DNA of 60,838 nt, filler included, from Stramenopiles sp. TOSAG23-2 (taxonomy: Eukaryota), in NCBI GenBank assembly GCA_900128395.1. It is 5 parts of 5 records of this genome, joined end to end, with 100 filler letters (N's around TTAATTAATTAA, not from the genome) between each part and the next. Parts side by side here need not be neighbours in the genome. Positions count along the whole stretch, not along the records: positions 1 to 12,108 come from LT649877.1; positions 12,209 to 24,303 come from LT649878.1; 3 more parts are not named here. The stretch is one strand, 5' to 3'. The translations under genes were made by a program, and so were the position numbers. Positions 11,705 to 22,411 of the stretch are shown here, in pieces (the stretch's first letter is position 1; each line of letters starts with the position of its first letter). Below the pieces are notes generated by a model. It was not told the origin of the DNA. It was given only the letters and a program-made list of their open reading frames with translations, and did not search any database.

Positions 11705-12108
11705 TATTTTTTTTTTGTTTATTTTGTTTTCGTGATAGACTTTCTATATACTACGTGGACATAAAATTATTATATTATATATTCCACTTTCTTCCCCAAG
11801 ACTTGTTTTTCTTTACATATATCTATTCTATTCCATTGCACCATTCTATATTCTATCTATTTCATGTGCATACACAGAGTGTATATATATTAATATAAGC
11901 AGCAGTAAATCAACAACTAATATTTCAATCACAGTTAGAATTTATTTCCGAGAATATAAAATTTATCATTCCAGCATTCTCTTCTATGATGGTATCAATA
12001 CAGTAAGGATGTTTTGTCTAAAAAATATCAGATCAGTGTTTTTTCCAAAAAAAGAAGATTAATTATAATTTTATGTCATTTTGGTAGTAATATAAGGGCT
12101 TCACCGAG

Positions 12109-12208
12109 NNNNNNNNNNNNNNNNNNNNNNNNNNNNNNNNNNNNNNNNNNNNTTAATTAATTAANNNNNNNNNNNNNNNNNNNNNNNNNNNNNNNNNNNN
12201 NNNNNNNN
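12109..12208. other. Artificial contig spacer
   Basis: 44 N + TTAATTAATTAA (stops in all six frames) + 44 N. Confidence 0.98.
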
Positions 12209-12863
12209 TTTCAGTAAATTAATAATTTAGTCAAGTACAAATTTTAATGTATAAATTTAATGCCTGAAATTCTGCTATCCCTAATTTCTGAAAACGTGAA
12301 ATGTCAAAATTATTTTACCAATTGATAGGAAAAATGGTATACTAGTGGAGCCTAACTTTAAAAAGGTGTTTTCAATGTTTTTCCTTTGTTTTCATGTAAT
12401 GAAATGAAAAATCCATCGTCATAACAATGAAATATTAAAATTTAGGTTGAAAATGTTGAAAATGATGAAATTTGATGGAAAATATGCGCGATGTAATGGT
12501 ATTCCATGGTATTCCACTCAGTTTCTTGATGTGCGTAAAATCATCTCCCATTTCCACACTAGAGCTGAGATGAGCGGATCCCAGGATCGCTAAAAAAATA
12601 AATTGAGAAAAAAATTTTTTGATGATGTTTTTTTACCTTGTTGATACAGTATGCCATGGTATGCACATATAACTGAATTAAATAATCAAAAATAACAACG
12701 GAAAATACGGAAGAAACACATAAAAACAAAAGACACGATCAATCTATCTGCATATTTAAAATTTATATTATTCTTATTCTTCTTATTATTAGTAGTATAT
12801 ATCTATATATATATAAAAAAGAGACAAACCATCTGCATATATATAAGATTCATATTGTTCAAC

Positions 12864-15800
12864 ATGAAAACAACGAATGAAACTGAAATGGTTACTATTG
12901 GCGATGGTTTTACACCTGAAGCTGCCAAAAGTATAGGTCATTTAAAAAATAAACAACGACCGAATGTGATGCAAAAATACCGATATCAATGCCAAAGTTT
13001 AGTAAAAAAAAACACGATACTAATGATGAGAAATAAAATATCAACACTTGCAATGTTACTTGCACCTGCAATCTGCATACTTTTATTTGGTTTAATTGTT
13101 ATTGATGAAAAACAACGTGAGATGAAAGTAATAAGTGACCCAAAAGACTTTTTCTGCTTAGGGGAAAAATGCGAAAATGCTGGAGCAACAACTGGTGGAG
13201 AGGGAAATGTTTTGCCAAAATGTTTAATATTTGATAGGCAAGGAGGAAAATATGGATATGGAAAGGTTATCCCAGCGGCGAAATGCACATCGTTAATATA
13301 TGCACCGTCAGGCAACGATGAAGTGAAAGAGTTGATGACAATGATATCAAAAAAATCACAAATGACACACTCTAGTGGTGGAACAAGTGAAGTAACAGTG
13401 GATGATGTTCTTGCAAGTGATGTGTATGGAATGGAAACTACAGAAGATTTAAAGCTATGGATGCAACAAGAGAAAAACCTTGGCTATGTTACAGCTGTAG
13501 TTGATTTTAATGCTTCATCATCTGCAACATCTATTGGCCAAACTATTAAGTATGACATTTGGTATAATGAGACAATCATAAATCGTGAATGGTATAAGAA
13601 TGCTCGATATGATGATATGGAAAAATTCACTGAAACTAGCTCATTTGGATTGCAAATACAACGCAGTATTAACGAAGGTATACTTGGTATACGAAATAAA
13701 TTAAAGGGCGACAGTGCCAATAACGAGGAAGCATCTTTAACAGTTCGATTCAAACGTTTCCCAGAAGTACCTGCAACAAAAGCATTTCGTAATCGATTAT
13801 GTGATGGAGATCCAAGCGCCGAGGCACAAGTTGGAGTTTGGATTTTCCTTGCCATTATGGTTGATTTCTTAATTGCAATTATTACCGTCGTTGGGGAAAA
13901 AGAAAAAGGTTTACTTGGTGCAATGCGTACCGTTGGAGTCAATGAGTTTATCTATTGGCTTTCATGGTTGTTTTATTTTGGAACAATATTATTTTTTTCC
14001 ATTTTGTTATTGATTATTGTTGGATTAATGTTTGGCGATACATTACCTTTTTTTAAATACACAGAGTTCGGAGTTTTATTCCCATTGCTTTATGTATATG
14101 GAATAACGATGATATCGATCGCATTTTTATTTGCATCATGTATAAGCCGTGTGCAGACTGCTACAAGAATTGCCGGTGCAGTTTTTGGATTAGGAATTGT
14201 TATTGTAAATTTCCTTGTTGGCACTGGGCCATTTCTCACACCATTGATTATGGACCCTCTCATATTTCCACCTTTTTGGCGTGGTTTTTTATATGGTGTG
14301 GTACCGCCAGTTGCATTCGGCTCCGTAGCACAACACATAACAGCCCAAACGATGCCAGCACATCGTGTAGATCAAGTAACCAATGAAACTTCTTACAGTT
14401 CAAAATTATATACAGTAGCGAACTATACGGGAGGTCCACTTCCGCTACCAGAAAATCCAAACGATAATGTAAATGAATATATTTATACAAACCAGAGTAG
14501 TTTAAATTGCCCAATTGGTACTGATCCAGTAAAATGTTATTATCATCAAATTCCCATGTCGGAGGTGATTGGGCCAATGTATACGATGTTTTTTGTATGT
14601 ATGCTATTAGCGTGGTACTTTGGACAAATTTGTACAAGTACAGGTGGTGGCAGAAGCCAAAGTTTATACTTTATTTGCGATCCTAGATACTGGGGATGTC
14701 TTAAAACAAAGGCGAAACAAGTTCCTTTTACCGATCAAGATGATTTAGATGAAAATGTAAAAGCAGAGAATAAGCGTTGCCGAGAAGGTGATGAAAACCT
14801 AAGTGCTGTTCGTATTGCAGATTTGGTAAAACAATATGGTCATAGCTTTAAAGCCGTGAATGGATTATGTCTATCGATGGAATATGGACAAATATTTGCT
14901 TTACTCGGTCATAATGGAGCTGGAAAAACAACTAGTATACGTATGATGACCGGTTTAGAAAATGTTACCAGTGGAGAGGCGGATGTTGCTGGATATGACG
15001 TTTCATCAAGAACGCAGGAAGTTCGGGATAGAATCGGCATATGCCCACAACATGATGTTTTATGGCCCCAGCTAACAGCTAGAGAGCATTTAGAGGTTTA
15101 CAGCATGTTCAAAGGTAATCTTGATGGTTCTAAAAAAATTGATGAAATATTACATGGTGTAAAATTACACGACGTGCAAAATAAGCAAAGTGGTAAATTC
15201 AGTGGTGGGATGAAACGTCGATTGTCTGTAGCGATTTCTGCAATGGGTAATCCCGATGTAATTTTTCTTGATGAGCCGACAACAGGCATGGATCCAATGA
15301 ATAAAAAGTCAGTATGGGATATGATTCAATCGTTAAAGAAAGAAGCATCTGTTGTATTGACTACGCACAGTATGGAAGAGGCGGATGCTCTTGGCGATCG
15401 CATTGGTATTATGTCACATGGTCATTTGGTAGCCTTAGGCACAGCGCTTGAATTAAAAACACAACATGGCAGTGGATACCGTGTAAAACTGGTAACTACT
15501 AAGATGGGAATAGTTAAAGATCAAGTGAAAAAATATGTCCCAAATGCGGAATTGGTAGATGATAGCGCTGGGTCGTTAAGTTACGCAATACATAAAGAAT
15601 CGATGAACCGAATGCCCGAATTATTTAAATGGATTGAACAAAATGTAGGAACGGAGGAAAGAAATGATTCTATGTTAACTGATTGGGCAGTATCGAACAC
15701 TACACTAGAAGAAGTGTTTATACAATTAGCAAGAAAAGAACATGAACAAGAAAGTGGTAATGCAAGTAGCAATTCAGAGGAGGTTGTAAACATGCAAATT

Positions 15801-18800
15801 GTAGTTCCGCCTCAAAAGGTTGTCGGGCAAACGATGACGATCCAAGTTGCGTTACCAGATGGTACACCTGTCCAAATACCTTTATCAGCGGAGCTTGAAC
15901 CTAACCAAACTTTGGTAGTTCCGGTAAAAGTACCGAAAAAAATGCCTACTGTGCTCAATCCTGTATCTGATGTGGATAAAAAGGATGAAATACTACAAAA
16001 ACCATTACCACAAACCACTATTACGGAAGAGGACAAAATAAATGTTGCAAAAAGTAATAAATCACGTGCATTTGAAGCATTGATTCGCCAGCGGATTACA
16101 TATCAATGGAATCAAAGACGTAGTAACTGCAAATTGTGTCTTTGCCCATTAATCGCAATGTTTATTTTATTGGCTATTTTTTCTGGACTTGATGCTTTGG
16201 TAAAATTAGGCGAGGAAAGAGCCCAATTCAACAAGAACATAGATGAAGAAAATTGCAATTCATGTATCAGCCAAGCGAAAACCTTTTGTGAGAGCTGTGG
16301 CGTGAAAGGATCTTTCAGTCCAGGTTCTGAACAAAGATATGAACAAATGTGCTTTAACCATGAAAACGGGAAAGTTAAATATACATTCAAAAATGAATGG
16401 GATGAGTGGAAACAGCATTTAAATCATGTAGCTACACAAGGTTTTGGCTTTTGTCAAGTTTGTGATTATTGTAGTAAAAACACTTACGCTAGTGTTGCAG
16501 CACATACAGAGGATGGGACGAGGCAAGTTCAAGTTGGGGGAAATACAACACATCCAATTATGGCTGAACGTCCATGGAAGAAGAATTGGAATGGGACAAG
16601 GCTGGATTTTGCAAACGACGTAACACTCGCCAACTCATTTGGAGTTGCTTTTAATTGGTTGCTCAAGGGTACAAATGGAAACTATCTTAATGATTTTGAA
16701 GGTTGTGACAATATAAATCAACATGTTTGCTCATTCAATTCATCTGCAATTCCCTTTTCATTGCAAAATATGTGCTCTTGTGATGCAACGAAAAGTGAAT
16801 TCAAACAAACAGAGGATTTAATGTGTTTCGAAGGTTGTATGAAACATAAAAACAATATGCGTGGTGGATTAACGGATCGTTTGCCATTTATTATACCTGA
16901 AACCATAGATCAACCGCATCAACACTCAACTCAGAACGGTAGAGATCATCAGTGGTTTTTAATAAATTCAGTATCTACAAGTGCAAGAGTTGGTATAGTT
17001 GCTGTGGAAAGTGAGAAAGCAGGGTATTTAGGTTCAAAATCTGGCGGTCTTGCTGATACAATAGAAGGTGCACGTTGTTGGCAACATCGCGATCAAGATA
17101 GTCTATACAAAGCAGACGAGGAGCATAATGGTAATTGGTTCCCGTATACTACAAATGGTCATGAGGTACGTTGTGAATTTTTTAACAAGTCTGATTCCCG
17201 AATAGTTCAATTTCTGGAAGGAAACGGTACATGGAATGAAAAGCAAACTGCGGCTATTAATGGATTTAAATCTCGAGGTATTGCAAAATTTTCTAGTAGT
17301 AGCAGTGGGTTGGTTGGACAATTTCCACAAAATATTATTTTTGTGGAAGATTCGTTCTTAGTTCAAAAGGAGAAACAATGTAAAGTGCAAGGGAATAATA
17401 CGGACACCTGGGTTACTTGCGCACCAAGACAACCATGTACATGTGTTAACGATGCTAGGTTTGAGACTCCATGGGATAAACCCGATAGTTTTAAATGCGC
17501 CGATAATTCATGCACTGATAATGGAATGGTAGATGAAGCATGCCCAGCTATTAATTGTCCTGCCCCGGAAGGAGACAAACGCCGATTGAATATTGAATCT
17601 TCGGAAGGAGACAAACGCCGATTGAATATTGAATCTTCGAAAGGAGACAAACGCCGATTGAATATTGAATCTTTTAATTGTAAAGAGGAACAAATACGCA
17701 CTCAACGAGTATATGTATCTCCTACATACGTGCAATATAGTTCAGCTGCTGCTATAAATACCGAACTATATCAGAATCAACAAAAGGTGCTTGATGGTAC
17801 AATTGCAAAGATGGAATTTGAAGATAGTATGCAAGCGATGGAAAAAGCAGACGAATCGTTTTTGTCAGCTGCAATGATTTTTAACAAAATTGATGCCACG
17901 AAAATTGCATATGATGTAACATTTCAAAGTTACTTCACTGAACCAACCTCTGAATGTGATTTTATTTACAAGTACCCAATGGCAGCACTCAGGAAGAAGC
18001 AATCTGATGATGCAGATCATGTTTGCAACTCAATGGTTGCAGAGTGGAGATCCAGTCCTTGGTTCCCACCAAGAACAGATCCATGGAATGTTGTCAACTC
18101 TATATACAAATTTGGAGGCGAGGGCAGGGTAGTTGGCGCGGGGAACTGGCTTCTTAATACATTATCAAATGGTATATTGCGAAAACAAGGGTTAGGCGTC
18201 AAAATTGAAACTGGATTCAAAGCCATACCATTTCCAATCAGTGTTTTGAAAGGATTAGAATTTGTGGAAGGATTCAAAAGCTTCTTAGCCTCGTTCTTCA
18301 CCCAGTTGATCATATCAATCGTTTTATCACCATTGCTTACTGCTGTGATACAAGAAAAGGAATTGAAATTAAAAGCAATGATGAGAATGATGGGTATGGA
18401 AGAAAAAGTTTATTACATAGTTACATATTTATGGAACTTTTTGTTTGCATTTGGATTCTTCTTTTGGTTCTGGATGATAGGAGTTATAACTGGTGCTATT
18501 TATAGTGCTAGTGGTGAAGGTAACGAGACGATATTCACAAGAACGGATGGATTAATATTCATTTTTTTATTTATTGTATATGCACATGCACAAGCTATGT
18601 TTATCTTTTTGTTGACGAATTTCTTCCACACTGCAAAAAAAGCAAGTAGTTCAGGTTTCTTCATAATGTTAGGGTTTTTGATTCTTACTGCAATGTTAAA
18701 TGGTACATATGAAGAGGCTGCATGGGGAGGTAAGCCAGCACCATTTTACGTCATGATGATTCCACCAATAGCTATGTTTCGAGCTATCTATTTATTAGAC

Positions 18801-20120
18801 CAGCAAGCAATTACATGGGAAACATTAACAGTTCAACATGAAATATCAAATATTTTTGGTTGGATGCTACTATCATCAGTATTGTTTTTCTTTTTGGATA
18901 ATTATCTAAGCAATGTGATGCCACGCCAATATGGTACAAGACGAAGATGGGATTATCCATTTCAAATGCTAAAAGAAATGTTGAAAGAAAAAGTTCATCC
19001 TACAAAATCAGCGGAGGGTGAGAAGGAAACAAATGAAGGAAAAGGTGTTAAATTAACTATGCCAGCAGATCTTGAAAGTGGTGCCGTGCATGAAGATGAT
19101 GATGTAACAAAGGAACGAGAATTAGTACTAACAGGTGTTTACAACAAGGAAAATTCCAAAATTTTAACGTATGATTTAAATAAGATGTATGGTAAATTTT
19201 GCGCTGTGAAATCAGTTACATTCCATGTGAAAAAAAGCGAATGTTTTGGCTTACTTGGACCAAATGGTGCTGGAAAAACCACCACGATATCTATGTTAAC
19301 AGGCTTGTTTTCTCCATCCAGAGGCAATGCTTCCGTATCGGGATATGATTTAAGAAAAGAATTAAAATCAATTTATGATGTCATGGGAATTTGCCCACAA
19401 TTCGATATTTGTTGGCCAGATTTAAATGTGGAAGATCATTTATATTTCTATGCCCGTTTGAAAGGCATGACTAAAGAGAAAGAACAAGCAGCAGTGAATA
19501 AATTAATTAACGAAGTTGGTTTGACAGATGCCGCGAAAAGCAAGAAAAAAGCGAAGGAGCTAAGTGGTGGTATGCGAAGACGCTTATCGCTTGCAATGTC
19601 ATTGATTGGGGAACCAGAAGTAGTATTTTTAGATGAACCTACTACTGGTCTAGATCCAGAAACGAAACGTAACATTTGGGCTTTGCTTGATAAGGTAAAG
19701 CAAGGTCGATGCATTATATTGACCACACATTCTATGGACGAAGCGGATGCATTATGTGAAAGAATTGGAATAATGAGCCACGGTTTAATGCGATGTGTCG
19801 GTACAAATTTACATTTAAAAAATAAATATGGAAATGGTTATAAAATTGAAATACGCTTTGTAAAGGAGGCATTGGAAACCGCAAATACATTTGTCATGAA
19901 CATAATACCAAAAGCTACAGTATTATCAACTACGAAAGATACGCGTGTATATCAAGTTTTAAAAACGGATGTTGTATTATCAGAAGTATTTCGAGCAATG
20001 CAAGATCGAAATGATAGTATTGGCATTTTGGATTATGGTGTTAGACAAACAAGTTTGGAAGAAGTATTTTTAAAGATTGCTAGAGAAAGTGAAGCTGCAT
20101 TTCAAAATAAAAAAAAATAA
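12864..20120 (+). CDS. ABCA: Full-length ABCA-subfamily transporter (TMD-NBD-TMD-NBD, ~2418 aa), single exon
   Basis: Two NBDs: GHNGAGKTT/FSGGMKRRLS/LDEPTTGMDP/THSMEEAD and GPNGAGKTT/LSGGMRRRLS/LDEPTTGLDP/THSMDEAD; EKE..L..M motifs; TLEEVF/SLEEVF regulatory motifs; large exocytoplasmic domains. Confidence 0.95.
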   Translation: MKTTNETEMVTIGDGFTPEAAKSIGHLKNKQRPNVMQKYRYQCQSLVKKNTILMMRNKISTLAMLLAPAICILLFGLIVIDEKQREMKVISDPKDFFCLGEKCENAGATTGGEGNVLPKCLIFDRQGGKYGYGKVIPAAKCTSLIYAPSGNDEVKELMTMISKKSQMTHSSGGTSEVTVDDVLASDVYGMETTEDLKLWMQQEKNLGYVTAVVDFNASSSATSIGQTIKYDIWYNETIINREWYKNARYDDMEKFTETSSFGLQIQRSINEGILGIRNKLKGDSANNEEASLTVRFKRFPEVPATKAFRNRLCDGDPSAEAQVGVWIFLAIMVDFLIAIITVVGEKEKGLLGAMRTVGVNEFIYWLSWLFYFGTILFFSILLLIIVGLMFGDTLPFFKYTEFGVLFPLLYVYGITMISIAFLFASCISRVQTATRIAGAVFGLGIVIVNFLVGTGPFLTPLIMDPLIFPPFWRGFLYGVVPPVAFGSVAQHITAQTMPAHRVDQVTNETSYSSKLYTVANYTGGPLPLPENPNDNVNEYIYTNQSSLNCPIGTDPVKCYYHQIPMSEVIGPMYTMFFVCMLLAWYFGQICTSTGGGRSQSLYFICDPRYWGCLKTKAKQVPFTDQDDLDENVKAENKRCREGDENLSAVRIADLVKQYGHSFKAVNGLCLSMEYGQIFALLGHNGAGKTTSIRMMTGLENVTSGEADVAGYDVSSRTQEVRDRIGICPQHDVLWPQLTAREHLEVYSMFKGNLDGSKKIDEILHGVKLHDVQNKQSGKFSGGMKRRLSVAISAMGNPDVIFLDEPTTGMDPMNKKSVWDMIQSLKKEASVVLTTHSMEEADALGDRIGIMSHGHLVALGTALELKTQHGSGYRVKLVTTKMGIVKDQVKKYVPNAELVDDSAGSLSYAIHKESMNRMPELFKWIEQNVGTEERNDSMLTDWAVSNTTLEEVFIQLARKEHEQESGNASSNSEEVVNMQIVVPPQKVVGQTMTIQVALPDGTPVQIPLSAELEPNQTLVVPVKVPKKMPTVLNPVSDVDKKDEILQKPLPQTTITEEDKINVAKSNKSRAFEALIRQRITYQWNQRRSNCKLCLCPLIAMFILLAIFSGLDALVKLGEERAQFNKNIDEENCNSCISQAKTFCESCGVKGSFSPGSEQRYEQMCFNHENGKVKYTFKNEWDEWKQHLNHVATQGFGFCQVCDYCSKNTYASVAAHTEDGTRQVQVGGNTTHPIMAERPWKKNWNGTRLDFANDVTLANSFGVAFNWLLKGTNGNYLNDFEGCDNINQHVCSFNSSAIPFSLQNMCSCDATKSEFKQTEDLMCFEGCMKHKNNMRGGLTDRLPFIIPETIDQPHQHSTQNGRDHQWFLINSVSTSARVGIVAVESEKAGYLGSKSGGLADTIEGARCWQHRDQDSLYKADEEHNGNWFPYTTNGHEVRCEFFNKSDSRIVQFLEGNGTWNEKQTAAINGFKSRGIAKFSSSSSGLVGQFPQNIIFVEDSFLVQKEKQCKVQGNNTDTWVTCAPRQPCTCVNDARFETPWDKPDSFKCADNSCTDNGMVDEACPAINCPAPEGDKRRLNIESSEGDKRRLNIESSKGDKRRLNIESFNCKEEQIRTQRVYVSPTYVQYSSAAAINTELYQNQQKVLDGTIAKMEFEDSMQAMEKADESFLSAAMIFNKIDATKIAYDVTFQSYFTEPTSECDFIYKYPMAALRKKQSDDADHVCNSMVAEWRSSPWFPPRTDPWNVVNSIYKFGGEGRVVGAGNWLLNTLSNGILRKQGLGVKIETGFKAIPFPISVLKGLEFVEGFKSFLASFFTQLIISIVLSPLLTAVIQEKELKLKAMMRMMGMEEKVYYIVTYLWNFLFAFGFFFWFWMIGVITGAIYSASGEGNETIFTRTDGLIFIFLFIVYAHAQAMFIFLLTNFFHTAKKASSSGFFIMLGFLILTAMLNGTYEEAAWGGKPAPFYVMMIPPIAMFRAIYLLDQQAITWETLTVQHEISNIFGWMLLSSVLFFFLDNYLSNVMPRQYGTRRRWDYPFQMLKEMLKEKVHPTKSAEGEKETNEGKGVKLTMPADLESGAVHEDDDVTKERELVLTGVYNKENSKILTYDLNKMYGKFCAVKSVTFHVKKSECFGLLGPNGAGKTTTISMLTGLFSPSRGNASVSGYDLRKELKSIYDVMGICPQFDICWPDLNVEDHLYFYARLKGMTKEKEQAAVNKLINEVGLTDAAKSKKKAKELSGGMRRRLSLAMSLIGEPEVVFLDEPTTGLDPETKRNIWALLDKVKQGRCIILTTHSMDEADALCERIGIMSHGLMRCVGTNLHLKNKYGNGYKIEIRFVKEALETANTFVMNIIPKATVLSTTKDTRVYQVLKTDVVLSEVFRAMQDRNDSIGILDYGVRQTSLEEVFLKIARESEAAFQNKKK
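17568..17673 (+). repeat. 36-bp in-frame tandem repeat x3 (EGDKRRLNIESS) inside the ABCA CDS
   Basis: Near-identical gaaggagacaaacgccgattgaatattgaatcttcg units at 17568, 17604, 17640. Confidence 0.95.
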
Positions 20121-20230
20121 AACCTCTGATTATATAAATTCGTATAAAAATGAAATACATATACATATATGATATATATTATATATATATATATATATAT
20201 TTAAATAAGAGAAATTTTTATAATATAAAT

Positions 20231-20357
20231 TGATGGTTAAAATCTAAGTTTTATAGTAATTTTACTTCTTTCGTAAATATAACGTGCTTCAATACTCAAT
20301 CTCTCAAGAATAAATTTATTCTAATCCTGATGCATACTATGTGAAGCTCTAATGCAC
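20231..20357 (-). mobile_element. Dispersed repeat family A, copy 2 (more diverged)
   Basis: tgatggttaaaatctaagtt..caatactcaatc..caagaataa..aagctctaatgcac shared with copies 1 and 3. Confidence 0.7.
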
Positions 20358-20399
20358 GTCTTTAATATTAATATATATATAATATATATATATATACTC

Positions 20400-20826
20400 G
20401 TACGAAACAAAAGTTAAATTGGCTTAAAGCACAATGGGTCAATGAAACTTGTAGAAATCTACAAGCTAAAGTGATCAAAACCGCGGCTTTTTGCCACAAC
20501 CGTGCACTTCAAGATCTTTCTCCGGATAGTTACCGGTTGTTGTTCACAACAGGATCTTTCACTTTGACAACCTGACCGTTTTCGAATGAGCCCGGCGTCC
20601 AACGCGTTCAACGTTCGAACATGTTGGAAGGATAGAAACCTACTTGTGATTGTAGAGTATTAGTTTGCAGAGGTAACCTACTTGTGCCTGTAGAGTATTA
20701 GTTTGCAGAGGTGCATTAGAGCTTTACTATAGTAGGATAACATATTACTCTTGCGATTGAGTATTGAGTATATTACTTAACACGAGAAGTGTAAAAATAT
20801 TATAACTTTAGATTTTAACCATCATT
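20400..20826 (+). mobile_element. Dispersed repeat family A, copy 3 (longest): possible ORF remnant + 3' UTR of a non-LTR retroelement
   Basis: 20711-20826 matches the other copies. Upstream are a 38-bp tandem duplication (20637-20712) and a GC-richer ATG-less frame 20411-20575 (KLNWLKAQWVNETCRNLQAKVIKTAAFCHNRAL...). The 5' boundary is uncertain. Confidence 0.5.
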
Positions 20827-20883
20827 ATATACGAGAGTATGTGTACGAGTACGTATATCTCCATATTTTTATCAAAAAAAAAA

Positions 20884-21840
20884 CTAATTCAATTTTGCTC
20901 TCCATTCTTTTGTAAATCCAATGGAATCTAAATAACCTTCAATTCCATTATAATTTTTATCCAAATAATCAAGAGTGGCTTCCATTGCCCATCGTGGACT
21001 AGCTAAATTCTTCTTTGTATCAAGATCAACATATTTATTAGGTCCATCACCACCTGCACCAATTAGCTCTGCATGTGTATGTGAAATTCCCCAATCTTCA
21101 GATTTATTGTATTCATGAATGATATCTTCCCGTGTACAGCCTGCACTTGCCATTAAAAACATTGCAACTAAACCTGTACGATCTTTACCAGATGCACAAT
21201 GAAATACACATGGTCGATTTTTTGGCTCAGCAATAGTTTTTAAAATATTGAAAATAACTTCTTTACTACCTTCTAACATACATTGATATGTCATCCCCAT
21301 AGGTCCTCCATATTTTTTAACACAGAACGGAGCAATAATCCATCTCAAATGAGTTGCAATAAAATAGTTTTTCCAATCCTTTCTATATTTCGGCCATGGA
21401 AATAATACAATTTTCATTATTACATATACACATATAGTAAACAAAGCACTGGTTATCATTTTAAGACCATGCCATGTATATACATTATTATTAACTAATA
21501 ACTTATTGGTTTTCTTCGTGAAAAAATTATAATTAACAGTTTGACGACATCCATTATCCTTGGATTCCTCTACTCTAGGAAAATATTTCAACGTCCTATT
21601 TTTACCAGCCTTGATAGATGCATCACCTAATTTTCTTAAATCTACAATACTTACAAACTTGTATTTTTCTATAAACATGTTACAGTCCTGTTCCGTTGCA
21701 CAAGAAACACTAGCACATCTATAAATTTCAAGGCTTGTATTTTTTCCCATTGGAACTTTTCTAAAATTGTATATTTTCGTAAATCCATCAGCGGGTGGAA
21801 ACGCGTTCAACGGTTCTTTTATTGAATTTTTATCCGTCAT
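20884..21840 (-). CDS. Protein-tyrosine/phosphoinositide phosphatase, Y_phosphatase3 (MptpB/IphP-like) family
   Basis: NFR..., IVDLR, P-loop VFHCASGKDRTG, IIHEYNKS, YNGIEGYLDSIG; internal hydrophobic insertion; first ATG at 21840. Confidence 0.88.
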   Translation of the reverse strand: MTDKNSIKEPLNAFPPADGFTKIYNFRKVPMGKNTSLEIYRCASVSCATEQDCNMFIEKYKFVSIVDLRKLGDASIKAGKNRTLKYFPRVEESKDNGCRQTVNYNFFTKKTNKLLVNNNVYTWHGLKMITSALFTICVYVIMKIVLFPWPKYRKDWKNYFIATHLRWIIAPFCVKKYGGPMGMTYQCMLEGSKEVIFNILKTIAEPKNRPCVFHCASGKDRTGLVAMFLMASAGCTREDIIHEYNKSEDWGISHTHAELIGAGGDGPNKYVDLDTKKNLASPRWAMEATLDYLDKNYNGIEGYLDSIGFTKEWRAKLN

Positions 21841-22411
21841 CTTTTGTCTTCTTCCTATTTGTTTTTTCACTGTTTGATTTATAATTTATAGTTATGTATG
21901 TGGTTTAGTTAGTTACTCTCGTTTCTCTCTATATAGCTCTCCTGAGCGTCGTGTGTTCCGACTATCTCTATATATATATTACTTTTATGTCTAACATGAT
22001 GTAAAATTATTATACCACAATTTTTCCTTTCGCCGCCCCAACGTGCACTTTTTTTATATTCTTGCCAGGCTTGGTACAATACTAAATTAACAAAAAATAA
22101 GCTATATCCGGATAAAAATAATTTTCTCATTTTTTTTCGCGACAAAAGAAGCTTACCGGTAGAGACGATAACGATAATCGCAAATTCGTTTATTATAGCA
22201 TGAACGCATTAAAGAATAATAAAAGAATTAAAAGAAAAGGCGAACATGTCAAAAATATATATATGTATAATATATACTAGATAGTTTATATGATACATAT
22301 ATTTATTATCCATATATATCTTCGTATATATATTACTCCATCTTATAAATAAGAGAATTATATTACTCCATCACCTTGTTGTTGAAAGTGCTGTTGCTGT
22401 TAAGAAAACAT

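Noticed and set aside
12153..12164. TTAATTAATTAA palindromes within N runs as a biological motif
   Set aside because: Identical 44N-12-44N construct at all four gaps; it is an artificial six-frame stop linker.
20231..20824. One ~600-bp MITE with 120-bp TIRs
   Set aside because: The two arms are more diverged from each other than copy 3 is from the solo copy at 1588, and that solo copy has its own flanking duplication. Independent insertions fit better, though a TIR element is not fully excluded.
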